This document shows positions 11,737 through 25,100 of a stretch of DNA of 64,000 bases, one piece after another (position 1 is the stretch's first letter; the number at the start of each line of letters is the position of its first letter). The notes beneath the pieces are model-generated. The model made no database searches. It worked only from the letters and a program-made list of their open reading frames with translations, and was not told the DNA's origin. Made by a program: the position numbers and the translations under genes. The DNA is from Raillietiella orientalis (taxonomy: Eukaryota): assembly GCA_036172245.1 (NCBI GenBank), contig JAYWIR010000021.1, forward strand, positions 2,046,001-2,110,000. The letters are read 5' to 3'.

Positions 11737-12503
11737 ACCCGGGTGCGCCGGGGCGTTTATTTCAAAAATAAACATGTTACGAGAACTGTGGTTCGACCAG
11801 TGGTCCAACCATGCCCAATTTAAAGGAGACCTGCCTGGCCACCGGTTCGCAGACCGGCGTGGTCCACCACGGCAGCGGAGGGGAGGGGACAAACAAAAGA
11901 AACAAAAAATAAAAATAAACACACTTTGGGGTGTGTGGGAAGGGATCACTGTCTGCTGGCGGCAGCCCTGTTCATCCTCTTGTAGGATGCCGGCAAGGTC
12001 TTGCTGCATAGTCCTGTCCTCGCGTCGCTATCCTGATGAATGGGACGGTCGAGTGGATAGCATCCCTATCGCTGGGTCCTCCTGTTGCTTTGCTTCATGC
12101 AGCGACGACCCGCTTAGGCAGCACAGGGCTGCCAGGGGACCGCCGGCCGAAGGGCGTCGCGAACGAAGAGGGGTTTCGAAGCGTGCCTGGAGTTGCCTCC
12201 GGGGGTTCCCAGGGTGGCGGCAAAGCGTTCCCAGAGGGGCCGGAGGGCAACACACTCCACTGGCAAGTGAGGGAGGGATTCACTCTCCCCGCATCTGACA
12301 CAGTTTGGGTAACCCCTTCCCCGCGTCCGGTGATGACGGTGGGCGTTGCATGGGAGACCCCAGTGCAGCACCAGCAGCGCGGACTCCTGCCACTTCAAGG
12401 GGAGGGTGCGGATGTCCATGAGCATCGGGGGCCTCTTCAGGTGTTCCAACGGAACATCCAGTAGCTCTCCCCAGCGCAAGAGTCCATGGGGTGGTGTATT
12501 CGG
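11737..12503 (-). mobile_element. Tx1/L1-like 3' fragment, copy B (near-identical inverted copy of 3895-4659)
   Basis: The reverse complement matches 3895-4659 apart from a few differences. It retains an in-frame YPNCVRCGESESLPHLPVEC zinc motif. Confidence 0.85.
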
Positions 12504-13975
12504 AAAAGCGCTGGATCGAAGGAGGCTTGTGTTTCTCCAAACCCAAGCACCATGGCAACGTCCACGCGCTCAAGAAACTACCAGCTCCTCTGCATCCAAT
12601 ACAACACTACGCGCCTCACGCGAACCCGTTGCTCTTCACCCTCTAATGTCGGCATTCGGAGACCACCGGGAGAACGCGGTCTCAGGTAGGGTAGGGTAGT
12701 GCGCAACTGGGAGGGTTTGCGAAGCACGGGAAAGGGAGGGACTTTGTGGATCCAACCTCAGGACCACGGCTGAGTAAGCGACAGGTCGATGTATCAGAGA
12801 TCGTGAAAGGGGAGACCCTTAAACATATGGACCCAGAGAGTGCCAAAGCATCTGCTGAGCGCCTCCTCACGTCCCGACGCGTTAGCAGGAGCGCCGATAG
12901 TCCAGGAAGACGGACGCAGATCAACGGCTCGAGCGAGCGAGTCTGCCATCCACGCCTGCTTTCAGGTTCGCTCGAAAGCCGCTGCAGGAGATCGTGTCCA
13001 ACCCACGTTGTCTAAGGTGGGCTTTGTCCACCCCCTTGTCCCTGTGCTGCCCTCCTTGAAAGATACAAAGTACAGCGACCTTCCGGCAAGGTGAGAGGTG
13101 TCCTGCTGCTTCGAAGGCAGGAAGAAACTTCTGTGCGCTCACGAACGCTGCGACACCGGGTGTCCCTCCTAAAGGACTTGTACGCTGGGGCGGGCTGCTC
13201 GCGATCCCTCTGGAGGAGGTGAAGTGGCCTCCAGCGTGCTGAAAGACTGGGTACACCTCCCTCCAATGGCAGGAGTTTGCGTTGCTGGTGCTGCATCGGG
13301 AAACCCCGTGCAAGGCACGCCTTCACCACTGGACACGGGGGAGGATGGGTGCCGAGTGGGACAGGCGCAGGGAGAAGGAGACGCGCCTCTTGCTGGACTG
13401 CACTGCCCTCTGTCACCTTTGGGATCGCTTCTCGACGACCCTAGGAACCCCGGCCGTCGGCCCCAGGAACATTTGCAAACGCCTCTTCGTGCGTGTCACA
13501 TTGCCGCCAGCCGTGTCCCTTGCAGCGCCCTGCCGTCTTCGCGGGATCGTGGCGGTGTGGAAGGCCAGAAGAAGAGGCCTGAATGGAAGGGACGCTATCC
13601 ACTGGGCGACAATCTTCTTGAAGGCCGCCTGGATATGGCCCACCTGGACGAAATACGGACAGAGCTTGCCTGCATCCTGAACAGGATGCTGAGGACGCCT
13701 CCTAGCGAAGTATGGTCCCATCCCTGGTTCCCACTCCAATGACACTTTTCCTCCCATTTTTCTCTTTTCGTTTCTTTCTTTCTTTCTTTTTTCCGGTGTT
13801 CCCTTCCCGGTCGCTGAGGAAACGGACCTCCCCGGTCTACGTACCGGTCACGGCAAGTCCCGAGCACGTGGTGAAACCAAGTGTTTCATCACTCTTGAAC
13901 ATTTTCACTGAACTCTTATTACTATTTTGTTTAATAATAAATGCCCCCCGGCAAAACCGTGTGGAAAGCCTCCCG
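12504..13975 (+). mobile_element. Older diverged Tx1/L1-like relative (ORF2 C-terminus plus 3' UTR), copy C
   Basis: WQEFALLVLHRETPCKARLHH...LLLDCTALCHLWDRF...GIVAVWKARR is clearly homologous to copies A and B. It ends AATAAATGCCCCCCGGCAAAACCGTGTGG. Confidence 0.7.
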
Positions 13976-14399
13976 ACCATCGCCCAGTTTTGCAATGCAA
14001 AGAAAAGGAGCGCGTGAAAACCGTGCGATGGGAAATCCACGGTAACATCGAGACTTTTACCATTCGGAACACTCCATCCAATGCAAGAAGAAGATGAGGG
14101 GGGAAAGGAACTGGTGGTGTTCGAGGAACTGAGCTCAGATCCGTCTACTTGCCCCATCATACCTCGGTGTAATTAGCTGGGCTCGTAATGGCTGTAATTA
14201 GGTGTAATTAGTGTGGACTGCCGAGGCATTATTACCACATCCGCATCAACTAACCGCGTGATTCCTTTCATTGTGGATGCACGCCAGTGGCACTCTTTGC
14301 TTGAAAGAAATGGACTTTTTCGGATCCGAAATCTGTCCAGTGGTGACACGCCCACTCCTCAGACTCATACTCATCACTTCCAACACGCACCCATCCATA

Positions 14400-17110
14400 G
14401 CCCGTTCGGGGAGAGGACGAAAGACTGGACCGGAGCTCAGAGAACAGTCACACGACCCCATTAGCGGGGATTCCCCACCAATGGGGAACACCCACGAAAC
14501 GCAGGTGCTATGGTACAAAGGCCAGATGCAAGGATGGATGGCTCACAGGGCCCGCGAACTCTGGCAAAACCGGGGTCCTTGTTGGACGAAGGGCAGCACT
14601 CAAACTCCGGAGGACCACAGCTGCGGGGAACGCGACGTGGACGAGCTTCGAACAACCCCACCCTGAACCAACCTGCCATCGTGAACCGTCCCGTGCAGAT
14701 CCTGCTGGACTTCCAGCACTGCCTCCCGATGTTTCATTGTGGATGGGCCCTGTGCGGCGCGAGAATTCGATACCGGACCGGGTACCCTCAGTGGCGGACG
14801 TTGTCCAGTGTCGCGGGAGCAGAGAGGATGACCATGTTTTGCGCCTGAGAAACACTTGTTAGAGGTTGGAAAGTGATCAGGCAGGCGATATTGCAGTTAA
14901 TCGCCCAATCCAAGGTAGAGATCCTTCGGGGGCCCTTCGAAGGAGAAGAAACCGTCCCCTTGTAAGTTGAGGGTAGTCCTGGCATTATTCATCCGCAGCA
15001 TCCTCACCAGCACAAAGCTGCGGAGGGCAGAGCAGGGCATAGCGAAAGGTGCCTTGATGGGCCTGTTCGAAGGGAACACGAAATGCGAGGCTGTGGTAGA
15101 GTCCCAGCGTGGACCATCCGCTACACCCTCCAGAAAATTCAAGAAGCGGACACTTCCCTTAGTGCAAGACGTTTCCAAATACGGTGTTTGAAGTCCCCGG
15201 ACCCCCACCCCTTTCCCTGACAAACATGCGTCCTACGAGAGCGATTTGGCTCTTGTCCTGTGATGCGAGAACGGCAGTGCGAAACCCCTTCCTCGTTGCC
15301 TCGGCAACAGAGAATTTTCATCTCGTTCGTTTCGTCGGATTAATGAATCCAGAGGGAGTCGGACTGGGGAAAACCCCAACAGTGAGGACGGCGTAACAAC
15401 AACATACGTGGGGACGGCAAAGTGGTGGCAACTGCTGCTGCAGATCCTATGAACTGCGCTAAAAACCATAGCACACACAGCCGGAAGCAACCGTGTTGTC
15501 TGCATTCAGCCATCCTTCTTTCATGGTCGGCCTCCTTTCATGGAGAGTTGTGTCAAAGCATCGGGTGGCATCTATACCGGCCATTGCTCCAGCATCTGCG
15601 TGACCTTCTCATCCCGGGTCGCCAGCCCATTCATTTAAACCAGATAAACGTTCTCACATTTAGAGTTCTTACATTCAATTGGATCGATATATGCCAGCCT
15701 GGAACCAAAGGACTTCTCTGGGAGCGGAGCCAGGGAAGTGTGGAGGGAGAGGGAGGAGGGACGATAAATAAATGGAGAACGGGGTGGACCGGACCTCAGC
15801 AGTAAACATGATTTCTGAGGGCCTACGTCGAGCAGGGGATTCCACCAGGAATGACAGGGAAATCCCAGCAGGATTGGCGGGCACCGTCCAGGTGAGGCGC
15901 GTGCAGACGGCACGTGCCGGCCTTCGGCAGGCAGGCGCGGTTGACGAGGCTCGCGTGTCCCGTGTGCAAGCGGTTAGCCTGTTGCACCGGATGTGGCTGG
16001 GACCATACTGGAGCCCACCCTCGCTACCACCTCATGAGCACCCAGAAAAGGCAGCTTCCCGCTGGAGGAGGTCCAGATTACGGCATGGTTGGAGGAGAAG
16101 TGGTAAACGCAGCTTAGACAGCAGTGAGCCGTCCGGTCTCATCCTCTTTGGTTCATCTGGACCCAGTGGATCTCGCGCACGCACGTGCTGCCGTGAAAGC
16201 TGGCACACGTGCGGCGGCACTGTGGCACCACGTGACTGAATCGTGCGCCTCGCCTCCTCGTCTTGTTGGCACAATCGGAGGCTTCAGGAGCTCACGTGAT
16301 TTCGTGGTGCCGATCGCGGAATGCAAGCCAAGACCTTCTGTACTGATTCAACTCGTATCCGGTCTTTTGAGCAAGATATGAGCCACGTAGGAATCGATGC
16401 ATCACGTGATACCTGCATGCCCGAGGATACTGTGCTGCCGAGCGAAAACCTGTTGGCCAAATCGACAACGGCACTGGAAGAGCGACCTCTTCGGAGATGA
16501 TCTCTTTCCTCTTCAGTTAAAGGGAAGTCGTGGCTTCTCCCCAGGTGACCAGGTAAGTGTGTAGAGACCAAAGCGGCCTCCGAGAGCACCACCTGACGAC
16601 GGCTCCCTGCATTTCAAGCGATGCACAAAGCTGCAGAGCCGCCATCTTCAAGGTATTCTCGAAGTGATCCGATTCTCCAGCAGAAAACGAAAGAACAGGT
16701 CACGCCGGTTGACTGGGGCTTGGGAACACACACCCTGGTTAGGGTTTCAAGACAGACTCGTCGCTTTCGACCTTTGTCCCTCTTCAGGAACGAAAATTCA
16801 TGCTCTGCTTGAGCGTTGATGCGGCACCAGTTTCCGACAGAAGGATCTCGATTGTACCACGGATGGCATCCAGTCTTTCTCTGATGTACACGAATAGAGG
16901 CCTCGATACGTGGAGTCCCTTTCCGGGCACCTGGCGGTTCTGGGTGACATCTAGCTTAAGGGATTCCTTGTATTTGTTCTTTTACCATAATATGGCTGCA
17001 GGTAACACCTCTACGCAGACCGAGGTGTTGTCGTGGTGCTCGTGGACGTGGTGCAGTCGAGTATGGATGCAATTGATGTTCAGACAACCTACAACACTGG
17101 TGACGTGGCG
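14400..17110 (+). pseudogene. Degenerate non-LTR ORF2 fragments (post-RT region, Cys motif, RT N-terminal piece)
   Basis: IRQAILQLI...PL*VEGSPGII (GGLG-like region, ~14880-14990), ACPVCKR (~15950) and RRFRPLSLFRNE (RPISLL motif, ~16760-16795). Probably more than one element. Confidence 0.45.
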
Positions 17111-18539
17111 TTAGAGTGCATGTGATCACGTTCGAGCGAAAGCCGCCCCTTGGTCAACTAGCAGTGGAATGTGTCGCCGCACGCGCGCACCAGCACAGCC
17201 CGAGTCCGAAATGCATGCAGATGTGATGCAGCATCTTATGATAGGAGGCAGCGGCAGCAGCATGAGTTCTCCACGGCGCACAATGGACCGCCGCTCGATG
17301 AGTGCTCCCGCCGGACTAGGGGCTGGTCGTTTGTGACGGATGGCAAACCCAAGCCATGTGCTGGTCCGTGTCGCTGGAGCCGGTGCGTGTCTGCAGCCCC
17401 GCCGACAGTTGCAAAATGGCCTTTGCCTTGCAATGGCACAGCAGCAGGCAGCGATTCCTGGTGTTCCGATGGGTGGGGACGGCGGTGCTGCACCGAAGGC
17501 GGCCAGCGGGACCTCACCGGCTCGGCTGGACGCGAGATCACGTGATGCGTTGTGGGATTTGCGCAGCAGCAGGTCGGGAAACGGAGCACACATCACGACC
17601 GCGAAACAGATCGACGTCATCGAGAAGGACGTCGATGCCAACCCCGGGCAGTGCCGTCCGAGCACAATAAAATGAAAAGGAGGTCTTGACGAGTTTGGTT
17701 CTCACGAGCTATTGCGTGGCGGAAGATGAAACCACACCAATTAACCTTGGTCATGTATGAGCATCGTCGGAAGGCATTGGCTCAGGATAGTTGGGGTGCA
17801 ACTGGGGGCTGGCGTTGCTCGGGTCTGCAAGTCCACCTGTAGAGTCAGTAGGAGACGCTGAACACACCGTTCAGGAAGAGTTGATGAGCAGCACACGATG
17901 GCACGGGCAGGCTACCGTGGGTACATGCAGATCGGGGGTAGGCTCAAACTGCCTCGCGTTTTAGGAACTCACAAGCGTTCGCACTCTTCGCCATGGTCAA
18001 GCGATCGCACGCCTCCTCATACTGTCGCTGCTAACCGGAATTGCACCGCGTTCCCCTGAAAGAACCGCGTCTCGGTCACGATGCCTGGATGTGTCGGTGA
18101 CGCGGGTGTCGAACTCTGCTAACCAGATCCGTTCAGGGACGATCCTTGGATGCCGCCGAAAGACCGCCGAGTTGCGATGCTGCCAGGCCGCCTCTGATGC
18201 TGGGATCCGCGTCTGCGAAACGGCTGCAGAACCGACTGCGAACGTGGGGGCTGGCGAAGGAAATGACCGTTGCCAAGTGCCGGGGGTTTGACTGCAAGGC
18301 ATGCTAGCTCTAAGCACAGCCGGCATCTTTAACAGAGATGTGCTTCCAGAGCGAACAGCGATTTACGCGGTGTTTGCCATCATCACCGACTGGATGAGGT
18401 GTTGTCTGACATTTACTTCACGGCCACCGGTGCGATCTTAAGGGGGTGGATCTAATGTTTCATGGTTGCTGTCCCTCGGTCTTCAACCGGGATGATAGCC
18501 AACCACCGAAATGAGGAACAGCAACAGGAGGAGATTATT

Positions 18540-19100
18540 AGGATGATTGCTGGTGGGGTAGGAATTCGTTCACTACTACTACTCCTTCCATTTCTCTGAG
18601 ACGCTGGTTCTCAAGGGTCTTCTCGTTCCTTAAATTCGCTATAGATTTTTCACGATAACGTGCCTCCCCTCCTGCCTTCCTTTGCGATGGCATCGATGGG
18701 GGTATTCGGGGTATTCGTCGATGCCATCGCAGCTGTTCCAACTTGGGGTATGCAAGTGGCGCGGACTTCTTACGAAACTGAGTAGCTACTCCCCAACTTT
18801 TCCGCGGTTGCGGGTAGCATGAATTGCATTGACGATGAAGATTTGGTCGTTTTTGTTGCTCAGAAATATCAGGCAACAGTTTTGCTCACCTTTTTCTCAT
18901 CTTGGAAGGTGAGCGTCCAGGACGGTTGTCGAGTTGAGCACGTCCGGGAACTGGACAAAAGAGCCGCTGGTTCCATCTCCAGACCCATTGGTCATGTTGG
19001 ATACGCTCAGCGTGCGTTTTCTGAAATGATATTGCCCTCCGGTCATCCATAAAATTGCTCACCGTAGGATCGATAGGAAAAAATATGGGGAAAAAAAAGT
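18540..19100 (-). pseudogene. Possible piggyBac transposase C-terminal remnant
   Basis: WRWNQRLF followed by RQCNSCY...RKKS resembles the end of the catalytic domain and the Cys-rich tail. Heavily decayed. Confidence 0.3.
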
Positions 19101-22100
19101 ACACATTCCGAGCGTGACCTGTTTTTTTATTTCCTCCAAAGCGGTCTTCCCCTGATGGCCATCACTTGGCGTGACCTGAATCTTCCGTTTTCTGCTTGAT
19201 GATCGGATCATTTCGGGAACACCTTGCATATGGCGGCTCTCTCTGCAGCTCTGAGTATCCCTTGAAATTCAGGGAGCCGTCGTCAGGTGGTGCTCTTAGA
19301 GGCCGCTTCGGTTGCTACAGGCTTAACTGGTCACCTGTGGCGGAGCCATCATCCAAGGTAAACAAACCTTTCTATTGGCTCGCAGGTTGGCGGCTCTAAT
19401 TCCCTAAGTTCTGCACGCCTGCTGTACCAAACAAATCCACTTCGTCTGTGCAAAGAACCACGCGTCTTCCGCCCACCAGAGTTGATCTATCACGAGATCG
19501 GGATTGGCGTGGTCCGCAAAGCAATAGGCCACGACCAAGGGTGGATGAGATTCACCAACCATGCCGCTTTCAGTTTGTTGGCATGCGTTTCCACTCACTT
19601 AAAATAGTGAATTTGCGAAATTTCAAAATAATCACTGAAGATTGCGCACCTACCATCTCGAGTGATGGAAGCATCCAGAACCCTCACCAGTGAGGACGAG
19701 ACTAGCAAATTAGCTCTATTACCAAAAGAATCGATGGACCCGTGGTTTCCGATCGGTATCCAGGCAACCCAGGAGACCCAAGGAAGCTTGGGTCTCCTGA
19801 CCCACCCCCTCCCCCACCCCCTAAAAAAAAAAAAAGAGGGATTCCCATGCAATGCTAACCAGAGGCGTGCGCAATGTGATTTTTAGGCTGCAACTTCGAG
19901 GAATTCTCCATTGCAGTGCACATCCGGCATTGTCACCTTTGCTGGAATCGAAATTTCGAAAACGCTGCCTTTATAGAATGTATCGAGACGGGTGGTCGAA
20001 ATAGAAGGGGAAAAAATGATAATTGTTCCGGATAATTGAAAAAAGGAAACCAAATTGCTGGACAGTAACGTGAATTTCTTGCAATCGAATGAACAAATTT
20101 AGGAACATTGCAAAAGCGAAAATAATGATAGCGTGAAGTACATGATGACGATGAAACTTCACGATTGCTCTTTCCCCTATTCTCTTGGCCTTTCATCTTA
20201 AGAGTTCGTCGGTGATGTTTTTTTTCCTCCAAGTCTCGCTGCTGCAGAAACCACGAGTGCGAAGCTCGTTCCCGTTCCAGGAAGTCTTTCGAGATCGAGT
20301 CATCCTGTTTTCAGGTGTTTTTCAAGGGACATCACGGCATGAGGAGGCTTCAGGAGCTTCCAAGTTCTCCCCAAGAGGTTGATTTGCCCACGGTGCTTTT
20401 CAAACACAGCAGCACACTCTGACCTCCGTTCCCTTCTCGATTTCGCGCAAAATATCTAAATTTTTATTTGAATGGTTAATGGATTCCTCTTATTTTTTCC
20501 CATCCTCGACGAGGTTGGAAGACGTTTCTTTTATCGAAATGACCGAAAACTTAAAATGTTGACTGCATGAAGAGTTGCTTATGCCAAAGATGCACCATCC
20601 AAGATGCACTGCATAATGAAGCATTTCCACTTCCGGAATTGCAAGCAAACCGACCTTGAAACCACCGGAAAAGAATTGCACGGTCGAATCGACGCAGCTC
20701 AGTGCAAGAGAATCAGCAAAGTGACTGTTCCAACTGACCTGGAAAGGATAACTGTCTCCCTGTGAGGAAGGATACACGAATCGTAACTAAGGGGCATCGC
20801 AACCGCCGAACATCGAAAGAGCTGCGGGATGTCGCTCCATCTCATCTTCTCCAAAGGTTTAAGCATCCCACGAAATGCCATTCAGCCGTGGACAACTTCT
20901 CCGTGAGAACGACAACAGCTGAAATGGTAACAAACATCGAATTTTACCTCGATGAGCGAGTTACCCTTCCAGCCCTAAAAGGGAGATGCTGATGTTATCG
21001 TGATGAGTTTCTTCCTCTGCAATGAACTTGATGCGATCGTGATCTAAGGACGGGAATAGCTGAAAACTTGCCGAATCGGAAAGTTTCCCTTCTTCCTGTT
21101 CTTCTTCAATTCTGTCGCGTCTTAGAAAAAGGCTTACTCACCCGCTTCGTGGTGGATTGTGATCCGAAAGCGTCACGGCAAAAGATTACCAGCAGTACAC
21201 CCACGGTGCGCCTAGATAGTTCCTCCTCAAATATAGTAAAGGAAATGGCGTCCACTAAGCATGGTATCGAGGGGAAGACAGAATGGATCGACCTGCAAAC
21301 TTAACGCAGAGTGCAATCCTCTCCAAGAAGTCATCCAAGGAAACAGCAGCAGCATCTTCCTCAAAGATCGCGAACTGTCAAAAGACTCGCCTCCGGTGTG
21401 CGAATACGTGAAGGAAGGATGCACGGCCAGCCTTCCGGAAACTTCACGCAACAGCAAAGGGACACAGACATCTCAACAGCCGCTGGGGGCTCCCTCTCGA
21501 AGACGTCAGAGGAATGGCCTGATTCATCGACACGCGTCGCGCTCCATTTCACCTCATGGGGAGACTGAGAAACCAAAAGGTCGCGCGACTGGGCACCCCT
21601 GCTCCGTCGAAATGAACCTCAGACCTAAAGATACATTTGGTTCATCGATGCTGATGGTGGAGCGAGCAAACAGCCTCAGCCAACCTCCGCCTCGCAGCAG
21701 CGAATGGCTCAGTTGTGCGGCCAAGAATGACGTTTCAGCACACATCGAGACGAAAAGACTTCCGTTGAATCGGACTGAACGAGGCTTCCGTGGAACACAC
21801 CATTCCCGGAAATGCAGTGGCACGCGTTCGGTTCACGGAAACCGGTCCTGCCTGGTGTCCTCGATGCGGTCTGCAGGATAGGCGTACAAGAAGTGGAGCC
21901 AGGAACCGACGCTACTGCTCATGCGTAGGAATCAACGCTTCTGACGACGCACGCGGGAGATTGGGTCTTCTCTTTCTGGCTGTCTTACCCGCGGACCATG
22001 TCGGATTGCAATATGCAAGATGGAAGGAAATGAACAGCTGCCGGTCCAATGTTACAGAGCACACCAGCAAACAGGCATGAACGGAATATTTTTTAGTGTA

Positions 22101-25100
22101 CGCCGGCTGATGAAATGAAAGGCGTCGGTTAAAAGACAGGTTTGATTGCCGGGGAAACAACAACCTCCGGTTTCCTAGAAAGGGTCAGGACACAGTCAGA
22201 AGTGAACGGGACCAGCGAATATGTCTGGAAGATCCTGTAACCAGTCCCGTTCTCGAGGCAGGAGGAGATCGACTTGGGTAAACGGAGCTTCGGCACAGCT
22301 GCTCTTCAGAGACCTTAGACCACTATGAAACTGGGGTTCGACCAATGACTGGATCATCCTGCCGAAAATACGTGGTCTCTGAAATATCGGGAGGAAGCAG
22401 ACACCCTCCTCTTAGAGGGGTGTCCCTCCGGAGAGAACGAGGAAGGAGATTCTCTTCGGGGTTCCCCTCCGGAGACAACCAGGGTAGGAGGTGCGATCCC
22501 CCCCCCAAGCGTGAGAGGAACGGACTCAGAACCCTTCCTGGATTCATAGGGCGGACCCCCATTCCGGGGTGCCCCCTATCCTGAAGAATTACACTGAAGA
22601 ATTACACGTCCCCCTGAGGGTTGCCGCAGGCGGAATGACGTGGAAGCAAAACAGTGTTTAAAGAGCCACGTGCGCCGCGAGGAACGCGACCGGTTCTTGA
22701 GGTACTTAGCAAACCAAAAAAAAGAAAACCCGAAAAAAAAAAAAGAAGCTGGAAGGAAAAAAACGACGAAGACAGAAGAAAAAGGACCCAAACAGAAAGG
22801 AGCAAGCGAGGGAAGGGCGCAGCAAGTGAAATGGCAGCATCAGCGTGCTTTTCTGAATTCGAAATTCAGACGCAACAAGTTCCTCCACTGCTGTGAGCCA
22901 CTCGATGAAGAGGAAACCTCCTGGGAACGAACTCGAAAAAGGAAGAAAATCCGTGCCAACAAAGATGAGTCCGTTGGAAGTGAACGGGATAAGGCGTGGC
23001 AGGATGTGAAGTGATCCAATACCCAGGACCTCTCTACTGAGAAAATCACTCTGGGATGAAACCTGGCAGGAGCTCATTCCGAACTCGAAATAAGTGGTCA
23101 TATACCGCATCACCTATTTTGGAAGGGAGAAGATTCACTAGGGAACACCTACGTGGTCCCAACACGAACAGAGTACACGGAAGGCTCACAGAATGATAGA
23201 ACGGATCTACAACGAGATAGAGGCCTACTGAAGAGAGCTCTTGGGGTGAGGAAGGAAGAAAGATAAGATTCAAGGACCAGGGAAACCCCACCACAAGACC
23301 ATAGGGAAAATGGAGCCGCAAGAAGGATGCATTCATCATCAAGAAGTGATAGTGAACACCCATATGTGAAATCAGCAACCACTGGTAGGCATGGAAGACC
23401 TGGACACGCTGCAGACCTCCTCTATAACTGGAAGGGATTTCAGTACGGTTCGGTACAGGATAGATGACCGTGTTTGCGCCTTGCTCAGATCTCGAAAGAA
23501 CACGGAACTTCAAGCCATTTCAAAAAATGCAGAAACTAAAAGAACAGATGCGGCTGGGACTTGGATACACGGAACCGTCTCTGTGAGCAGCTGGATCACC
23601 ATCAACTGAATCCGGAGAACTCTCATCCGGCTGCAGGACGGCATGACCCGGTGTATGCATTATTTGGCTCAATCCCTAACCACACGAAGAGAGGTGCGGA
23701 AACCACACATAGCGGGAGACAGACGAGGACGGATTGCACATGTCACCCTGCTGATGAGCCGAAAAGACCACGAGACAGTGGAGTATGGAGGGGGAGTTCC
23801 AGTTGAAGAAGCGCATAGGGAAAAAGATCCAGAGGCTGCGAAAGAAAAGCTGCAGCAAAAGCAGACGACGTGGACCGGGGTAGAGAACCCCGAGGAATGC
23901 CGCAGATCGCAGCCGCCGTCTCCTGAGCCATCAAACAACAAAACAAACAACACCAGGGAACAACTGACCAAAGCCTGCAACGCTTGCTCCGAAGCTGGAA
24001 CAGTAACGCACATACCAAGGGCATCGGCTCGTGGGTGTTCTCACTAGGTTACTAGGTTACCAGCTCGAGAAAAGCACTCAAAAAAAGTAAAAATAAAAAA
24101 ACCGATGCACACCAACTAACAGTAAGGCTGATCAAATAGGAATACCCAGAGCCTTGGAGAAAGCTAGTGCACAAAGCCAGTGCAGTTTTGCCTCCCGAAT
24201 CCGGTCCAGCGGCATCTGAAGTGGCAAACAGATGCAGAACTCTCAAGGAAATAAACGGCCCGACCCCATAGGCAGAAATGCATCGACAGAAATGCATCAC
24301 TCAGCGCCTCAGCGGTCAGGAACAGCTCATCCGACGTGTGAAACCTCTGTGATGCCAAGGATAATCCACGTAGGGAAATCCCAAGCTACAGCTTCGTGGA
24401 CCCAAATCAACTCTCAGACTCATAATGAGATTAAGAAATGATGAAAGACAGGCGGAGGATTCAATCTTTTGGGACCACATTCGACGTGCAGTGAAGCACG
24501 GTTGCTCCTATCTGACTGGTCGTTCAGATGGGAGCAACCAGGTTCGTTATCCTGTGCGCAGGGAAAATCGAATGAGAGTGGCAGGCAGGATTCTGGAATC
24601 CCCTGTTTACAACGGATCTTGTCCACGACTGATATACCGATCGTAATTACATTCCACCGGCTCACTGCCTCAAAACTGCTGTAGCCTCCTGACAATATAC
24701 AGTAGTTCATCCACCTATCGCTGTATGGGATTTGTCACTTAATTTTCTGAGCACACTCGGCTGGACCAGATGTATCTTCCCGATTAAGATCCGCAACAAC
24801 AGAACTTCCATATGACAAAAATCTGTTGGATGAGCGTCCGCCTCCTTGTTTCAAAGTCATCGATTCCTTCATCTGATCGGAGTGTGGTATATCTGTCCAT
24901 GCTGTCTGCTTCGTACACCGCGTGCCAATCATAGTTTTCCGTGAAGAAAGGAAGACTGGAGAAACCACCACTCCTCCATTTCTGCTAGAAGAGCACGATG
25001 ACTGTCACATCCGTCTTCGTTCCATACGTGCATAAGAAGCCGCACCGTGTCCCGAGTAGTTTTGTGTTTCCATAGAGTGCAAGGAGCCTTCGGAAACGTC

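Noticed and set aside
11387..12298. 303-aa ORF and the many other long GC-rich ORFs (e.g. 54571-55599, 37554-38375)
   Set aside because: These are shadow frames across GC-rich decayed TEs or TE junctions, with no coherent domain content.
3895..12503. Long inverted arms as TIRs of a giant DNA transposon (Polinton-like)
   Set aside because: The arms encode a LINE ORF2 C-terminus and 3' UTR, copy A continues beyond the arm, there is no outer TSD, and no transposase or polymerase lies inside.
23751..23781. Hammerhead ribozyme core CTGATGAG...CGAGAC
   Set aside because: The GAAA core is altered and there are no convincing stems.
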